A DNA stretch of 64,000 nucleotides, from NCBI RefSeq assembly GCF_009914755.1, contig NC_060928.1. One strand, 5' to 3'. This DNA is from the human T2T-CHM13v2.0 reference genome, Homo sapiens. Positions 63,471 to 64,000 of the stretch are shown piece after piece; position 1 is the stretch's first letter; every line of letters starts with the position of its first letter. A program made the position numbers and the translations under genes. The notes below the pieces were generated by a model. It made no database searches, had not been told where the DNA came from, and worked only from the letters and a program-made list of their open reading frames with translations.

Positions 63471-64000
63471 CTCTCCAGTGACAACGGCCTCCTTGAGCTT
63501 CCTACATGGGATGCCTGCTGCAGAACTGTCCCTTAGTGAGCCGTGGTGAAGAGGATCTGCAAAACGGGATAATCTTTCTTGAGCAGGGAGGTGAAAGAAC
63601 CCAGCAATGGCATGGATGGATGTCCTTGGAAGAATGGAAGGCCCCAGTGTGGTGGGGTGAGGCTTACATAAAAGCACCCCCAAATGCCATTCACTTTCTT
63701 CTTCCTTCCTAAAATAATTGAAACTGTGGCTATTGGTAAGCACCTGGTCTTTGCCCAGCATTGTAGCAGAGGCTATAGCAGGAGGCCAGACGTCCAGCTC
63801 CCCAGGGAGTAAGGGGTCCCATGGACACAGCCTGATGGGACCAGCCATGATGGCGGGCAGAGCTGTGTCTGGAAAGGAGTCCAAACACCAAATTCTAGTA
63901 TTGGGATCTTCATGGTGATCATTTGCAAGGCCTCAATTCTGCCACAGGCTGTTCTACTATTCCTTGTTCTACTGTTCCTAGCTTTTTCTTAACACTATTT

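Noticed and set aside
63012-63884. 290-aa minus-strand ORF
   Set aside because: It runs through a MIR fragment, a poly(T) tract (poly-Phe) and the non-coding Tigger1 end; no recognisable protein family.

Overview
AT-rich, gene-poor great-ape (most likely human) genomic DNA made almost entirely of interspersed repeats. I recognise no host protein-coding exon, RNA gene or CRISPR array. Main contents: a full-length L1PA2-type LINE-1 (34250-40300, minus) with a 16-bp TSD, intact ORF1 and ORF0, and ORF2 stopped at codon 1186; a twin-primed (5'-inverted) young L1 (13439-17913) inserted in an AluY tail; an older 5'-inverted L1PB (7115-10496) carrying two microsatellite expansions; three co-oriented long Tigger1 copies; about 11 Alu elements; MaLR/ERV1 LTRs including a four-element nest; and MIR, L2, MER1B and MER20 relics. 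The most notable signal is that the two young L1s, about 21 kb apart, share patches of near-identity containing non-consensus and probably inactivating changes (RT F605V, nonsense at codon 1186). This points to ectopic gene conversion and a locus predisposed to both inversion and deletion. Subfamily names come from recalled consensus sequences, and all alignments were done by eye.
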